Positions 50,409 to 60,102 of a stretch of 64,000 nt of DNA are shown piece after piece (the stretch's first letter is position 1; every line of letters begins with the position of its first letter). The position numbers were made by a program, and so were the translations under genes. The stretch covers positions 22,393 to 86,392 of IMG/VR virus record IMGVR_UViG_3300006099_000006; one strand, written 5' to 3'. A model generated the notes under the pieces. The model was not told the origin of the DNA, searched no databases, and worked only from the letters and a program-made list of their open reading frames with translations. This DNA is from a virus (taxonomy: Duplodnaviria > Heunggongvirae > Uroviricota > Caudoviricetes).

Positions 50409-52643
50409 ATGACCATCATCAAACGAAATGGCACTGAGGTCGTCTTCGAGGCAGAAAAAATCGCTAATGCGGTTACGAAGGCAAACAACAGTGTTCCCGA
50501 GGTCTGCCGCATGACGGCTGCGCAGATTCAGGAAATCACGGAGGCTGTTACCAAAACCTGCGAGAGCATGGGACACGCTCCGGCGGTCGAGGAGATCCAG
50601 GACTTGGTTGAGCGTCAGATCATGGCCCAGGGAGCATTTGATGTGGCAAAAAGCTACATCACCTATCGCTACACACGTTCTCTTGTCCGCCGCTCCAATA
50701 CGACCGACCAAAAAATTCTCAGCCTGATTGAGTGCTGCAACGAGGAGATCAAGCAGGAGAATTCCAACAAGAATCCTGTTGTGAACTCCACGCAGCGGGA
50801 TTACATGGCCGGCGAGGTCTCTCGGGATATTACTGAGCGGCTTCTGCTCCCGCCTGATATTGTGGAGGCCCATAAGGAAGGCATCATCCATTTCCATGAC
50901 TCCGACTACTTCGCTCAGCATATGCACAACTGCGACCTGGTCAACCTGGAGGATATGCTTCAGAATGGCACCGTCATCAGCGGTACCCTGATTGAGCGGC
51001 CTCACAGTTTCTCCACGGCCTGCAATATCGCCACGCAGATCATTGCCCAGGTGGCTTCCAATCAGTACGGCGGACAGTCCATCTCTCTGACGCATCTGGC
51101 TCCCTTCGTGGATATTTCCAGGAAGAAAATCCGGAAACAGGTCGAGAAGGAGTTCCAGTACATCTATACCCACGCCTGCGGCGCTCCCTTTACCGATCCC
51201 GACATGAAAAGCTTCAATGAGCTCTTGGATGAGATCACGGAGCAGCGTGTCCGGGATGAGATCAAGCGTGGGGTGCAAACTATCCAGTACCAGATTCTCA
51301 CCCTGCTGACCACCAACGGCCAAACGCCTTTCGTGACCGTCTACATGTACCTGAATGAGGCCCGTTCTGAGCAGGAGAAAAAAGACCTCGCCGTCATCAT
51401 TCAGGAGACATTGGAGCAGCGGTATCAGGGCGTGAAAAATGAGTGTGGTGTATGGGTGACTCCGGCTTTCCCGAAACTTATTTATGTCCTGGAGGAGGAC
51501 AATATCAAGGAGGGGACGCCGTTTTGGTATCTGACGCAACTGGCGGCAAAGTGTACTGCCCGGAGGTTGGTACCGGATTATATTTCCGAGAAGAAGATGC
51601 TGGAACTGAAAGGCGACGTCTACACATGCATGGGGTGCCGCTCGTTCCTGACGCCTGACCGCTTCACTGATGCTGGCGTCGGCAACATCGCCAATGCGAA
51701 AAACTACGTTCCCGGCCAGCATAAATACTATGGAAGGTTCAATCAGGGCGTAGTCACCATCAATCTACCGGATGTGGCTCTTTCCTCTGGCGGCGACAAG
51801 GACAAGTTCTGGGATATTCTCGATGAACGGCTGGAGCTGTGCCATCGAGCGCTTCTGTGCCGGCACGAACGCCTGAAAGGAACTATTTCGGACGTGTCCC
51901 CTATTCTGTGGCAGTACGGCGCTCTGGCCCGGCTGAAAAAGGGCGAAGTCATCGACAAGCTCCTGTTCGATGGATATTCTACCATCTCTCTTGGCTACGC
52001 CGGCCTCTATGAGTGCGTGAAGTACATGACCGGTAAGAGCCACACTGATCCGGGGGCCAAACCCTTTGCCATTGATGTTATGAACCGCCTCAATGATACC
52101 TGTAAGGCCTGGAAAGCGGCCAGTAACGTCGATTTCAGTCTGTATGGCACTCCACTGGAGTCTACCACCTACAAGTTCGCCAAGGCCCTTCAGCGGCGGT
52201 TTGGGATCATTCCTGGCGTAACTGACAGGAATTATATTACCAACAGCTACCACGTCCATGTGACGGAGCAGATCGACGCCTTCGAGAAACTGCGGTTTGA
52301 ATCCGAGTTCCAGGCCCTGTCCCCTGGCGGAGCCATCAGTTATGTCGAGGTTCCTAATATGCAGAACAATCTGACGGCTGTGCTGCGTGTCATCCAGTTC
52401 ATCTATGACAACATCATCTATGCCGAGCTGAATACCAAGAGCGACTACTGCCAGGTGTGCGGCTGGGATGGCGAGATTCAGATTGTGGAGGAAGACGGAA
52501 AGCTCCTGTGGAAGTGCCCTCAGTGCGGCAACATGGATCAGACAAAAATGAACGTGGCTCGGCGCACCTGCGGCTACATTGGGAGCCAGTTCTGGAACCA
52601 GGGACGGACGCAGGAGATCCGGGATCGGGTGCTGCATCTGTAA
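50409..52643 (+). CDS. nrdD: anaerobic ribonucleoside-triphosphate reductase (class III RNR)
   Basis: ATP-cone N-terminus. C-terminal Zn ribbon C..C...CPQCG. Glycyl-radical motif RRTCGYIG. Confidence 0.9.
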   Translation: MTIIKRNGTEVVFEAEKIANAVTKANNSVPEVCRMTAAQIQEITEAVTKTCESMGHAPAVEEIQDLVERQIMAQGAFDVAKSYITYRYTRSLVRRSNTTDQKILSLIECCNEEIKQENSNKNPVVNSTQRDYMAGEVSRDITERLLLPPDIVEAHKEGIIHFHDSDYFAQHMHNCDLVNLEDMLQNGTVISGTLIERPHSFSTACNIATQIIAQVASNQYGGQSISLTHLAPFVDISRKKIRKQVEKEFQYIYTHACGAPFTDPDMKSFNELLDEITEQRVRDEIKRGVQTIQYQILTLLTTNGQTPFVTVYMYLNEARSEQEKKDLAVIIQETLEQRYQGVKNECGVWVTPAFPKLIYVLEEDNIKEGTPFWYLTQLAAKCTARRLVPDYISEKKMLELKGDVYTCMGCRSFLTPDRFTDAGVGNIANAKNYVPGQHKYYGRFNQGVVTINLPDVALSSGGDKDKFWDILDERLELCHRALLCRHERLKGTISDVSPILWQYGALARLKKGEVIDKLLFDGYSTISLGYAGLYECVKYMTGKSHTDPGAKPFAIDVMNRLNDTCKAWKAASNVDFSLYGTPLESTTYKFAKALQRRFGIIPGVTDRNYITNSYHVHVTEQIDAFEKLRFESEFQALSPGGAISYVEVPNMQNNLTAVLRVIQFIYDNIIYAELNTKSDYCQVCGWDGEIQIVEEDGKLLWKCPQCGNMDQTKMNVARRTCGYIGSQFWNQGRTQEIRDRVLHL

Positions 52644-52658
52644 AGGAGAAACAAAAAA

Positions 52659-53504
52659 ATGAGTGCAATTATTATGGACGGTGCGTCTCTTGCTAAACGG
52701 ATAAAAACAGACATCCGGGAACGAATGAACGATCATCTTTATATTCCTGAATTGGCAATCATCAGAACAAGAAACGATACGGCTTCCCGGGTTTATGTCG
52801 GTGGTAAAATCAAAGACTGTGGAGAATGCGGGTTCCGAAGTCGCGAGTTTGTCTTTTCGGATGATATTTCGGAGGACGAGCTCATTAAGAAGGTAGAGTT
52901 TTTGAATCGGCGAAAAAATGTGCACGGCATTATCGTACAGCTTCCGCTTCCTGCTGAAATCAATAAACATCGAGTTATTAGCCGAATCGATCCAAAGAAA
53001 GATGTTGATTGCCTTCATCCGCTCAATGTAGCGAGCAACGTCGTACATCAAGGCCGAGGATTTACGCCATGCACTCCAACTGGCATTATGAGACTACTCC
53101 GGGAGTACCGTATTGATCCTGCTGGAAAGCGGGCGGTCGTTATCGGTCGATCCGATATTGTTGGCGTTCCGATGGCTTGTATGCTTCAACACTCCAACGC
53201 TACTGTTACGATCTGCCACTCTCACACAGTCGATCTTCCCGAAATTACACGCCAAGCTGACATTCTGGTATCCGCAACCGGAAAACGTGGAATCATCACC
53301 GCTAATATGGTGAAACCCGGAGCGGTAGTTATCGACGTTGGAATTACCAGAGGGCAAGATGAAAAGCTTCATGGTGATGTTGATTTCAATCAGGTAAAGG
53401 AAACCGCTGCTTATATTACACCGGTGCCAGGCGGCGTTGGTCCTATGACCAGAGCGATGCTCATGTACAACCTCTGGAAAGCATATCGTGATCGACTGTT
53501 CTAA
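52659..53504 (+). CDS. folD: bifunctional methylene-THF dehydrogenase/methenyl-THF cyclohydrolase
   Basis: IIVQLPLP, CTPTGI, VVIGRSDIVGVPMA and YITPVPGGVGPMT are all FolD signatures. Confidence 0.9.
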   Translation: MSAIIMDGASLAKRIKTDIRERMNDHLYIPELAIIRTRNDTASRVYVGGKIKDCGECGFRSREFVFSDDISEDELIKKVEFLNRRKNVHGIIVQLPLPAEINKHRVISRIDPKKDVDCLHPLNVASNVVHQGRGFTPCTPTGIMRLLREYRIDPAGKRAVVIGRSDIVGVPMACMLQHSNATVTICHSHTVDLPEITRQADILVSATGKRGIITANMVKPGAVVIDVGITRGQDEKLHGDVDFNQVKETAAYITPVPGGVGPMTRAMLMYNLWKAYRDRLF

Positions 53505-53516
53505 GGAGATTTCGCC

Positions 53517-54047
53517 ATGAACTACTCACTTATACGAAACTGTGACATCGCTAATGGCCCGGGCGTCAGGGTTTCCCTGTTCGTCTCGGGCTGTACCCAT
53601 CATTGCCCAGGTTGCTTTCAGCCGGAGGCATGGAATTTCAACTATGGTGAACGGTTTACGGACGAGACCATATGGAGGATTCTTCATCTATTGGAGCCGA
53701 ATTATATTGACGGCCTGACTATCCTTGGCGGAGAGCCTTTGGATTTGTGGAACATAGATGATGTGTGGTCACTGCTTGATGCGGTTAGACGACTTGGTCC
53801 TCCGGAAAAAACGGTCTGGCTCTACACTGGTTCAATTTATGAGTATCTTCAAATGAGGCCACAGCGATACGGACGGCTGACAAAAGCGATACTCGACAAA
53901 GTTGATATTCTGGTGGATGGCCCGTTCATCGAAGCGAAAAAAGACCTACGGCTAAGATTCCGTGGCTCCTCTAATCAACGACTCATCGACCTGAGAAAAA
54001 CGGAAGAGGCTGGAGAGATTGTTCTCTGGAAAGGAGAAGAGATGTGA
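53517..54047 (+). CDS. nrdG: anaerobic RNR activating protein (radical SAM)
   Basis: GCTHHCPGC (CxxxCxxC) and the GGEPL motif. Confidence 0.85.
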   Translation: MNYSLIRNCDIANGPGVRVSLFVSGCTHHCPGCFQPEAWNFNYGERFTDETIWRILHLLEPNYIDGLTILGGEPLDLWNIDDVWSLLDAVRRLGPPEKTVWLYTGSIYEYLQMRPQRYGRLTKAILDKVDILVDGPFIEAKKDLRLRFRGSSNQRLIDLRKTEEAGEIVLWKGEEM

Positions 54048-54400
54048 AAAAATTCAAGGGCCATATCAATATTGGCAAACGGATCACTATCTATGGCAAT
54101 AACGCCATGCACTACGCGATCCATATCTGGACCAAACGCTTTGGTTATATTTGTTTTCACCCAACTGTCGGTCGCTGGAAGTGGTACTTTTATCTCTCGC
54201 CGAATGCAACTCCTTGGGCAGCAACCTATGCAAAAGGTCCTGGGTTGAGAGTAAGCGATAAAAATTTGGCTCCTGTTCGCAAGACTCTCTTCGGTCACAA
54301 CTTCGATGCTGAGAAGAACGGAGATGCTCTTTACGAGCTGAACAATACTTACTCAGGAGCCTGCACTTTCTTCGATGAGCAGCTTAGAAGAAAGGGGTAA
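54044..54400 (+). CDS. hypothetical, 118 aa (GTG start)
   Basis: Overlaps the stop of nrdG. Confidence 0.5.
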   Translation: MKKFKGHINIGKRITIYGNNAMHYAIHIWTKRFGYICFHPTVGRWKWYFYLSPNATPWAATYAKGPGLRVSDKNLAPVRKTLFGHNFDAEKNGDALYELNNTYSGACTFFDEQLRRKG

Positions 54401-54404
54401 GACG

Positions 54405-54632
54405 ATGCTCGACAAATTCGGAAAACTGGTTCGGGACATTCGCATCACTCGGAGCCTGCTGCTCTACGACATGGCGAAGACACTGAGTATTTCACCAGCA
54501 GAACTTTCAGCTATTGAGTGCGGAAAAAAGCCGGTTCCGGACTGGTTTATTTCTGCACTTGAAAAGCACTACGGCATCGGCGACACCTGTGCTCACATGT
54601 TGTCCGTCTTTGTTAAGAACCGAGGTGATTGA
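54405..54632 (+). CDS. HTH (XRE-like) DNA-binding protein, 75 aa
   Basis: RBS AAAGGGG; LLLYDMAKTLSISPAELSAIECGKK. Confidence 0.55.
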   Translation: MLDKFGKLVRDIRITRSLLLYDMAKTLSISPAELSAIECGKKPVPDWFISALEKHYGIGDTCAHMLSVFVKNRGD

Positions 54633-54635
54633 TAT

Positions 54636-54833
54636 TTGGCCGCGAAAGATAGAAAAAACTCGGAGGGTTATTCTGATCCGACTGTTTACGCAGCCATGAA
54701 AAAGATTACCCAGGAAGAGGATCGTTTCCGGAAACTGCGCAAGGCCATCTTGAGTATTTGTGATGTGGCGGGCTTCGAGATTCGGGGCCCGCTCGTCCTT
54801 ATCGACAAGAAGACCGGAAAGATTTGGAGGTAA
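54636..54833 (+). CDS. hypothetical, 65 aa (TTG start)
   Basis: RBS GAGGTGATTGATA. Confidence 0.4.
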   Translation: MAAKDRKNSEGYSDPTVYAAMKKITQEEDRFRKLRKAILSICDVAGFEIRGPLVLIDKKTGKIWR

Positions 54834-54835
54834 CT

Positions 54836-55045
54836 ATGCCTGAAAAAGAAAAAGGTGTCAGGAAATTTGGTATCAAGCACGACAGAGCTTGGTCCTGGCA
54901 TATCGGTTTCTGTCTTTGTACAGAACCTAAATCCAGAACGACAGGTAAGCGGGATATTTATTTGCTTATTTGTCTTGGAACACACGACTTCAGCATCGGT
55001 ATGATGACTTGGTATGACGAAAGCGAGGGGCGAGAAAACGGATGA
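54836..55045 (+). CDS. hypothetical, 69 aa
   Basis: RBS TGGAGG. Confidence 0.5.
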   Translation: MPEKEKGVRKFGIKHDRAWSWHIGFCLCTEPKSRTTGKRDIYLLICLGTHDFSIGMMTWYDESEGRENG

Positions 55046-55245
55046 GCATCCCCAAAGGGTCCACAATCAGCGAGAGATACAGCATCGGGGTTGATATTTC
55101 CGACGACAAAGATCTTTCAGTCATCATGGTCAGTCGCATCGACGGTCAAAAAATGACCATTGTCAATGTCTTTACCGGTGCTGAAGCCGAGGAGATGTAT
55201 GAACGGCTGACCAATCAGAAAGTAGGGGTGATCCGGGATGGATAA
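55042..55245 (+). CDS. hypothetical, 67 aa. The C-terminal GAEAEEMYERL motif is shared with 41929-42282.
   Basis: ATGA overlap with the previous gene. Confidence 0.5.
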   Translation: MSIPKGSTISERYSIGVDISDDKDLSVIMVSRIDGQKMTIVNVFTGAEAEEMYERLTNQKVGVIRDG

Positions 55246-55555
55246 TTGGTTCCTCCCAGAAGAACTTGTTGACCTGATCCGGCAGAAAGCAGATGAGCTC
55301 ATGGTAGAGTTTACTGCTCTTGCTGACGCGGTAAGCAGGGCACTTGGCGTCGCTGGCTGTTCCATTCAGGAGGCCGCAGAAGCCTTTGAAAAGCTCTTCA
55401 AACAGGCAGAGGAGCAGAGTATTGCGAGTGTCGGTACATCTCCGAAGAAATATGGAATGTCGCTCCGTAAACGCCGCCAACGTGAAACCGCCATGCACTA
55501 CAATTATATTCCGAAGCCGATTAGAAACCAGCCTTATCAGAGGCGGTCATACTAA
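55238..55555 (+). CDS. hypothetical, 105 aa
   Basis: Overlapping start. Confidence 0.5.
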   Translation: MDNWFLPEELVDLIRQKADELMVEFTALADAVSRALGVAGCSIQEAAEAFEKLFKQAEEQSIASVGTSPKKYGMSLRKRRQRETAMHYNYIPKPIRNQPYQRRSY

Positions 55556-55592
55556 AAAATCAAACCACACTACATTAAAAGGAGTAAAGAAA

Positions 55593-56534
55593 ATGATTAT
55601 TCTGCTTGTTATTCTTTCGATCATCGCTATCGCTGGGTTCGCCATCACCACCGCTCTGCGCAAAGGGTTTGATCCCAAGGACGAATACGATAAGGACCGG
55701 TTGAAGATTCTCGGCATCATCCGGGGTGCGGTCATCGGCGGCTGCGTCGCTATTTTCGCTATTGCGATGCTGGTCTGCGGAATCAAGATCATGGACCAAA
55801 CCGAGATCGGAATCGTGAAGACATTCGGCAAAGTTGACCACACTATTTCCGGAGGTCTGAACTTCGTAAATCCGATTTCCGATACGGTGGAGGTCATGGA
55901 TCTGCGGGTACACGTCAACGAGGCCTCCTTTGCGAGCTATACCAAGGATGCTCAGCCTTTGACAGCCGCAATCGAGTATCAGTATGAGCCCATCGCCGCT
56001 CAGGCCATGCAAATCGTTTCCCAGTACGGCTCCTATGAGATCTTGGAAACCAAACTCCAGGCCGCCGTTGAGGAGCGTGCCAAAATCGTGTTTGCACGTT
56101 ATGGCGCTATGACACTGCTGGAGAACCGCGCTACCCTTTCCGCCCAGGTGCAGGAGGAAGTTAAGGAGTTGGAGGAACTGTTTCCCGTCAACTTTACGCA
56201 GGTCGTTGTGAAAGACATCGACTTCTCCGACGCTTTCGAGCAAGCCGTCGAGGCCAAAATGCAGGCAGAACAGAATGCGCTCCGGGCTGAAAATGAGAAG
56301 CAGGAAGCCATTACCAGGGCCGAGCAGGAGCGTGAGGTTGCCCGCGTTGAGGCGGAGGCTACCGTCCTGGCCGCTGAGGGTGAAGCCCGTGCGCTGGAGA
56401 TCACTCGGGAGGCCCTTGAAAATATGCCTGATACCTGGATCGCTCAGCAGTATCTGGAGAAGTGGGATGGTAAGCTGCCTCAGCTCATTACTGGCGATAA
56501 CTCCGGTGTGATGCTGACACCCAATCTTGAGTGA
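55593..56534 (+). CDS. SPFH/band-7 (prohibitin-HflC-like) membrane protein, 313 aa
   Basis: Two N-terminal TM helices. GIVKTFGKV...MDLR is the SPFH core. The C-terminal coiled coil is rich in AEQ/AER. Confidence 0.75.
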   Translation: MIILLVILSIIAIAGFAITTALRKGFDPKDEYDKDRLKILGIIRGAVIGGCVAIFAIAMLVCGIKIMDQTEIGIVKTFGKVDHTISGGLNFVNPISDTVEVMDLRVHVNEASFASYTKDAQPLTAAIEYQYEPIAAQAMQIVSQYGSYEILETKLQAAVEERAKIVFARYGAMTLLENRATLSAQVQEEVKELEELFPVNFTQVVVKDIDFSDAFEQAVEAKMQAEQNALRAENEKQEAITRAEQEREVARVEAEATVLAAEGEARALEITREALENMPDTWIAQQYLEKWDGKLPQLITGDNSGVMLTPNLE

Positions 56535-56549
56535 TGAGGTGAGGGTGAA

Positions 56550-56669
56550 GTGAACATTCTCGTCAAGCTGATTATATTCCTGATCCGCCTGAATTGGCTT
56601 CTGAACAAGGACTGCAAAATCAGACCGCCTTTTAAGTTCCTGGATATTCACGCAGGAGGTAGGCAATGA
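56550..56669 (+). CDS. hydrophobic mini-protein, 39 aa (GTG start)
   Basis: RBS GAGGTGAGGGTGAA. Weak call. Confidence 0.25.
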   Translation: MNILVKLIIFLIRLNWLLNKDCKIRPPFKFLDIHAGGRQ

Positions 56670-56959
56670 AAAAATATTTTCTTGTCTTTTTGATCGTGCT
56701 TCTCTGTTTAAGCCTTTGCGCCTGTGACGTAACGATCCCAGCGGAGTTAAGTGAAAACAGCGAAGACTTTATCGGTTTCTCCACCATTCCCAACAAAAAC
56801 AATCTTTACTATGATGTAGACACAAAAATTGTTTACATTATTTTCAAAGAGCGTAAAGGATATGGCGGATACGGATTCATGTCTCCCTATTATGCTCCCA
56901 ACGGATTTCCGTATCAGTATGATGCAAATAATCGTGTTCTAATCGAAACCATTCCTTAA
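56666..56959 (+). CDS. lipoprotein, 97 aa
   Basis: RBS GCAGGAGG; lipobox LSLCAC. Confidence 0.6.
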   Translation: MKKYFLVFLIVLLCLSLCACDVTIPAELSENSEDFIGFSTIPNKNNLYYDVDTKIVYIIFKERKGYGGYGFMSPYYAPNGFPYQYDANNRVLIETIP

Positions 56960-56974
56960 ATATGGGGGAGGGCT

Positions 56975-57337
56975 ATGATGGGTTTATCAAAGTTAGCCGC
57001 CAAGTGTCAGGTGTGTCCGTTCGTGGACGCCTGCGACCATAAGTGCATGGAGGCCCTTGGATATTTACCACTCCCGGAACCGACCACTCAGCCCACTGAA
57101 ACGGGATACCGGAGTGTTGAGAACTTCTGGAACAATCCTAAAATCCTGATTGGTTCGAGGCCGGACTCCGAAGTTCTGGTGAGGACAGGTGGTGAAATCG
57201 ACATCGATGTTGAAGGACTGGTACGGACGATTTCCAGGGAGCTTCGACTTCCCGAGCGGGTGTTGGCCGGAGCTCTTACATCGGCCGAGAATGAGAAGCA
57301 ATGGCAAACATTCTTAGAAATCAACGGAATGAGGTGA
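56975..57337 (+). CDS. hypothetical, 120 aa
   Basis: RBS GGGGGAGGG. Confidence 0.55.
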   Translation: MMGLSKLAAKCQVCPFVDACDHKCMEALGYLPLPEPTTQPTETGYRSVENFWNNPKILIGSRPDSEVLVRTGGEIDIDVEGLVRTISRELRLPERVLAGALTSAENEKQWQTFLEINGMR

Positions 57338-57483
57338 GAAAATGCGGAATCTGAAGTGAGTTTAGAAGTACGATTTGGCCCGGTTCGGTCTATCTTAGAA
57401 TAGAAAAACCGTCTAACTTGGATTAGAATTCGGGCCATTTCCGTACTCGACCTACCACTATCATTTGTAGTTACAGGTCAAAT

Positions 57484-57750
57484 TTCTGCCCACTTTTATC
57501 AGAAAAAACGGGCTTCTGCCCACTTTTGGTTTTGGGTATGGACGCTTTTACGCTTTCGGACTCTTATTTTTGCCCATTTTTATGGTCATTTGCCCACTTT
57601 CTGCCCATTTATTTTTGAAAAGTGGGCACGCTGAAACTGTTGCGACACAAGGGCTTGCGGGTTTTCTGCCCACTTTCCCACTTTTTCTTTACACTTAAAT
57701 GCAAAAAAAAAGAAAGAAAAATATATAAAGTGGAAAATAAAAGTGGGTTT
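57484..57750. repeat. iteron array: at least 7 direct copies of TGCCCACTTT(T) and at least 2 inverted copies of AAAGTGGGCA
   Basis: Seen directly in the sequence. Confidence 0.65.
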
Positions 57751-57846
57751 TTGGCCAGAAGATAGTTGCAGGTCTGCTTTCAGGTAAAAATTTCATCAAT
57801 ACGACTTCTCCCCCTTTCTTTTCTTTTTGAGGTGTGGTATACTGAC

Positions 57847-57955
57847 TTTGCGACACAACTCTATATTTTTAAGTAGCTACGAGGAAATACCTTGGCAAAA
57901 GGTGTTCCCTCTCTTTCCTCATACATATCGTAGCTACTGAGGGTTGTGTCGCAGC
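57847..57955. promoter_or_regulatory. nested imperfect hairpin of about 110 nt. Outer arms TTTGCGACACAAC/GTTGTGTCGCAGC; inner arms AGTAGCTACG/CGTAGCTACT and GAGGAAA/TTTCCTC.
   Basis: Seen directly. It is followed by an ATAGAGAGA...TCTCTCTAT hairpin and an AGGTGCG...CGCACCTTTTT terminator. Confidence 0.5.
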
Positions 57956-58039
57956 AATAGAGAGAAACACTTTTGCAGGTGCGTCTCTCTATTGTGGGGC
58001 GCACCTTTTTATTTTGTCCGGATTTTGGAGGGAAAGTTT

Positions 58040-59086
58040 ATGGGTATAGAGCTGGATATTTTGCGTGGATGCGAGATTGCGCCTATCGACGAAGCCGTTG
58101 ATCTGGGCAACAATCAAAAGTTCAAAAAACTTGAGCTGACGCAAGGGCAGAAAATCCAGATGAGCGCCCTGATGAACCAACTGCCCGCTTTAGCTGGGAT
58201 GGATATTCTGTCAAAGACCATGATGATTACTTTTCCTGAGGGTGTCCAAGGCGTTTTGATGCAGCTGAAGAATGGTGGCTTTACTACGACGCTAAAAAAC
58301 GTGGATACCGGAAAAATTGCCGGAACCGCTTGGCTGGAATCTGCCGCTCCGCAAGCAGCCTGTCTCGGTGCGTTCACTGCGATGTCGATTGCCTCCGGTC
58401 AATACTTTCTGGCACAAATCAATAACAGTCTTGCTCAGATTTCGTCGGGGCTTGATAAAATCCTTGAGTTCCTTTATGGTGACAAACGAGCGGAGCTTCT
58501 GTCTGAGGTCAGTTTCATCCGTTTCGCCTATGAAAACTACAAGTCTGTCATGGAGCATAGCGAGCAAAGAGTTGCAACACTTATTAGCTTGCAGAATGCA
58601 AAAAAAGTCGCCATGAAGGACATCGAGTTCTATCTATCCGATTTGAGTTCCATCATGAACGACAAAAAGGGCAATGACATCTCAGTAATAGTTTCAAAGA
58701 TGGTCCGCACTAAGGACTGTCTCGACCTGTCGCTTCAGCTTTATACCATGAGTAATCTTCTGGAAGTCTACTATTCCGAGAACTACGACCCAAATTATAT
58801 TTCCTTTGTACAGTCAGAGGCTTCGGTTTACATCGGTAAATGCGAAAAACGGCTGTTGAATTGTTTCGGTCAGCTCCAGCATCTTCTCGCTGAGACTAAG
58901 GATGGCTTCATTAAGAAAACCAATAAGGAAGAATACATCCGGCAAGTTGACGCCATCGTGGCTGAGCTGGAAGCAAGCAGTGTATCTCCGCTCCAGACCA
59001 CACTACAGTCGGCTTTGAGCGAAACGACGAAAGAAAAGCAATACTATCTGAACCGCGAAGGAGAGGTTTACCTAAAAGTATCATGA
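58040..59086 (+). CDS. hypothetical, 348 aa, AT-rich cargo-like gene
   Basis: RBS GGAGGG then ATG at 58040, within track ORF 57944. Confidence 0.6.
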   Translation: MGIELDILRGCEIAPIDEAVDLGNNQKFKKLELTQGQKIQMSALMNQLPALAGMDILSKTMMITFPEGVQGVLMQLKNGGFTTTLKNVDTGKIAGTAWLESAAPQAACLGAFTAMSIASGQYFLAQINNSLAQISSGLDKILEFLYGDKRAELLSEVSFIRFAYENYKSVMEHSEQRVATLISLQNAKKVAMKDIEFYLSDLSSIMNDKKGNDISVIVSKMVRTKDCLDLSLQLYTMSNLLEVYYSENYDPNYISFVQSEASVYIGKCEKRLLNCFGQLQHLLAETKDGFIKKTNKEEYIRQVDAIVAELEASSVSPLQTTLQSALSETTKEKQYYLNREGEVYLKVS

Positions 59087-59102
59087 AAGGATCTGAACGC
59101 CT

Positions 59103-59927
59103 ATGAAAAAACTCGTCTCACTTTTGCTTGTCATGGGCATTATATTTTCGATGTCGGCCTGCGGCCAGAAAAGCGACCCTCTGACTTTGGAAACTGAACC
59201 TGAACAAATGAAGTTTGCTGAATTTCAATGGCCTGACACCGACATCGCCAAACTGATGCCTGTTCCAAAGTCGACCATTGGTAACATCAACTGGAGTCAT
59301 GATTATGGCTTCGTGATTTATGTCGCCGAAACACCACTGAATGACTATGCGGCCTATGTGAAAGAGTGCGAAGCTCTTGGGTTTACATTGGAATGCCGGA
59401 AAGGTGATAATTACTTCTACGCCGACAATCCAGATGGTTACCATGTCGCTCTTAATTATCAAGAAGGCGATGTCATGTTCGTTCGTATTGATGAACCTAA
59501 AGACGAACCTGTGAGTGAACCGCCGGCTGAGCAAACTCCAGCGGAAACGGATACGTCGAATGGAGCTCTATCTGAATCGCCGGAAGAAAAACCGATTGAA
59601 ACTACACCACCCGAGGAAACGACCGCCGAACCTGAGCAGCCCAAGGAATCAGATGAACCGAAGGATGACTATTCAGATTCCACTCACCGGAGTCAGGCTG
59701 TCCAAGCATTCCAGAATTACGGGGATTATATTTGTCCGTATGGAATTGAATATCATTGGTTCCATCAGAATGTCTCCGAGTACGAGGGCAACGGTGTTTG
59801 GCATTTCAAAGTCGGCGTCACGATCACAAATCAGTTCGACGCGGAGCGAGAGGCCGTTGCGGAAGGCCGTGTCAGCTTTATAGAAGAGTCCGTTACAGAG
59901 TTCGAGCTGCTGGACGACTGGGACTGA
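59103..59927 (+). CDS. lipoprotein, 274 aa, with a Pro/Glu-rich linker
   Basis: Lipobox SMSAC. Confidence 0.65.
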   Translation: MKKLVSLLLVMGIIFSMSACGQKSDPLTLETEPEQMKFAEFQWPDTDIAKLMPVPKSTIGNINWSHDYGFVIYVAETPLNDYAAYVKECEALGFTLECRKGDNYFYADNPDGYHVALNYQEGDVMFVRIDEPKDEPVSEPPAEQTPAETDTSNGALSESPEEKPIETTPPEETTAEPEQPKESDEPKDDYSDSTHRSQAVQAFQNYGDYICPYGIEYHWFHQNVSEYEGNGVWHFKVGVTITNQFDAEREAVAEGRVSFIEESVTEFELLDDWD

Positions 59928-59955
59928 GTCTAATATTAACAACATTATATTTTCT

Positions 59956-59989
59956 GAGCAGAGATGTCTTAGCTGGCATCTCTGTTTTT
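59956..59989 (+). terminator. intrinsic terminator CAGAGATG...CATCTCTG followed by T8
   Basis: Seen directly. Confidence 0.6.
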
Positions 59990-60102
59990 TTTCGGCTCTT
60001 TTTGGCTTCCGCCAAAAAAACAGACTCTTTTATGGAGAGAAGAGGGAATGTGTCGCACAATTCCTGTTTTTTCTATTATTTCTGTCGAAAGGAGGCCTTT
60101 TT

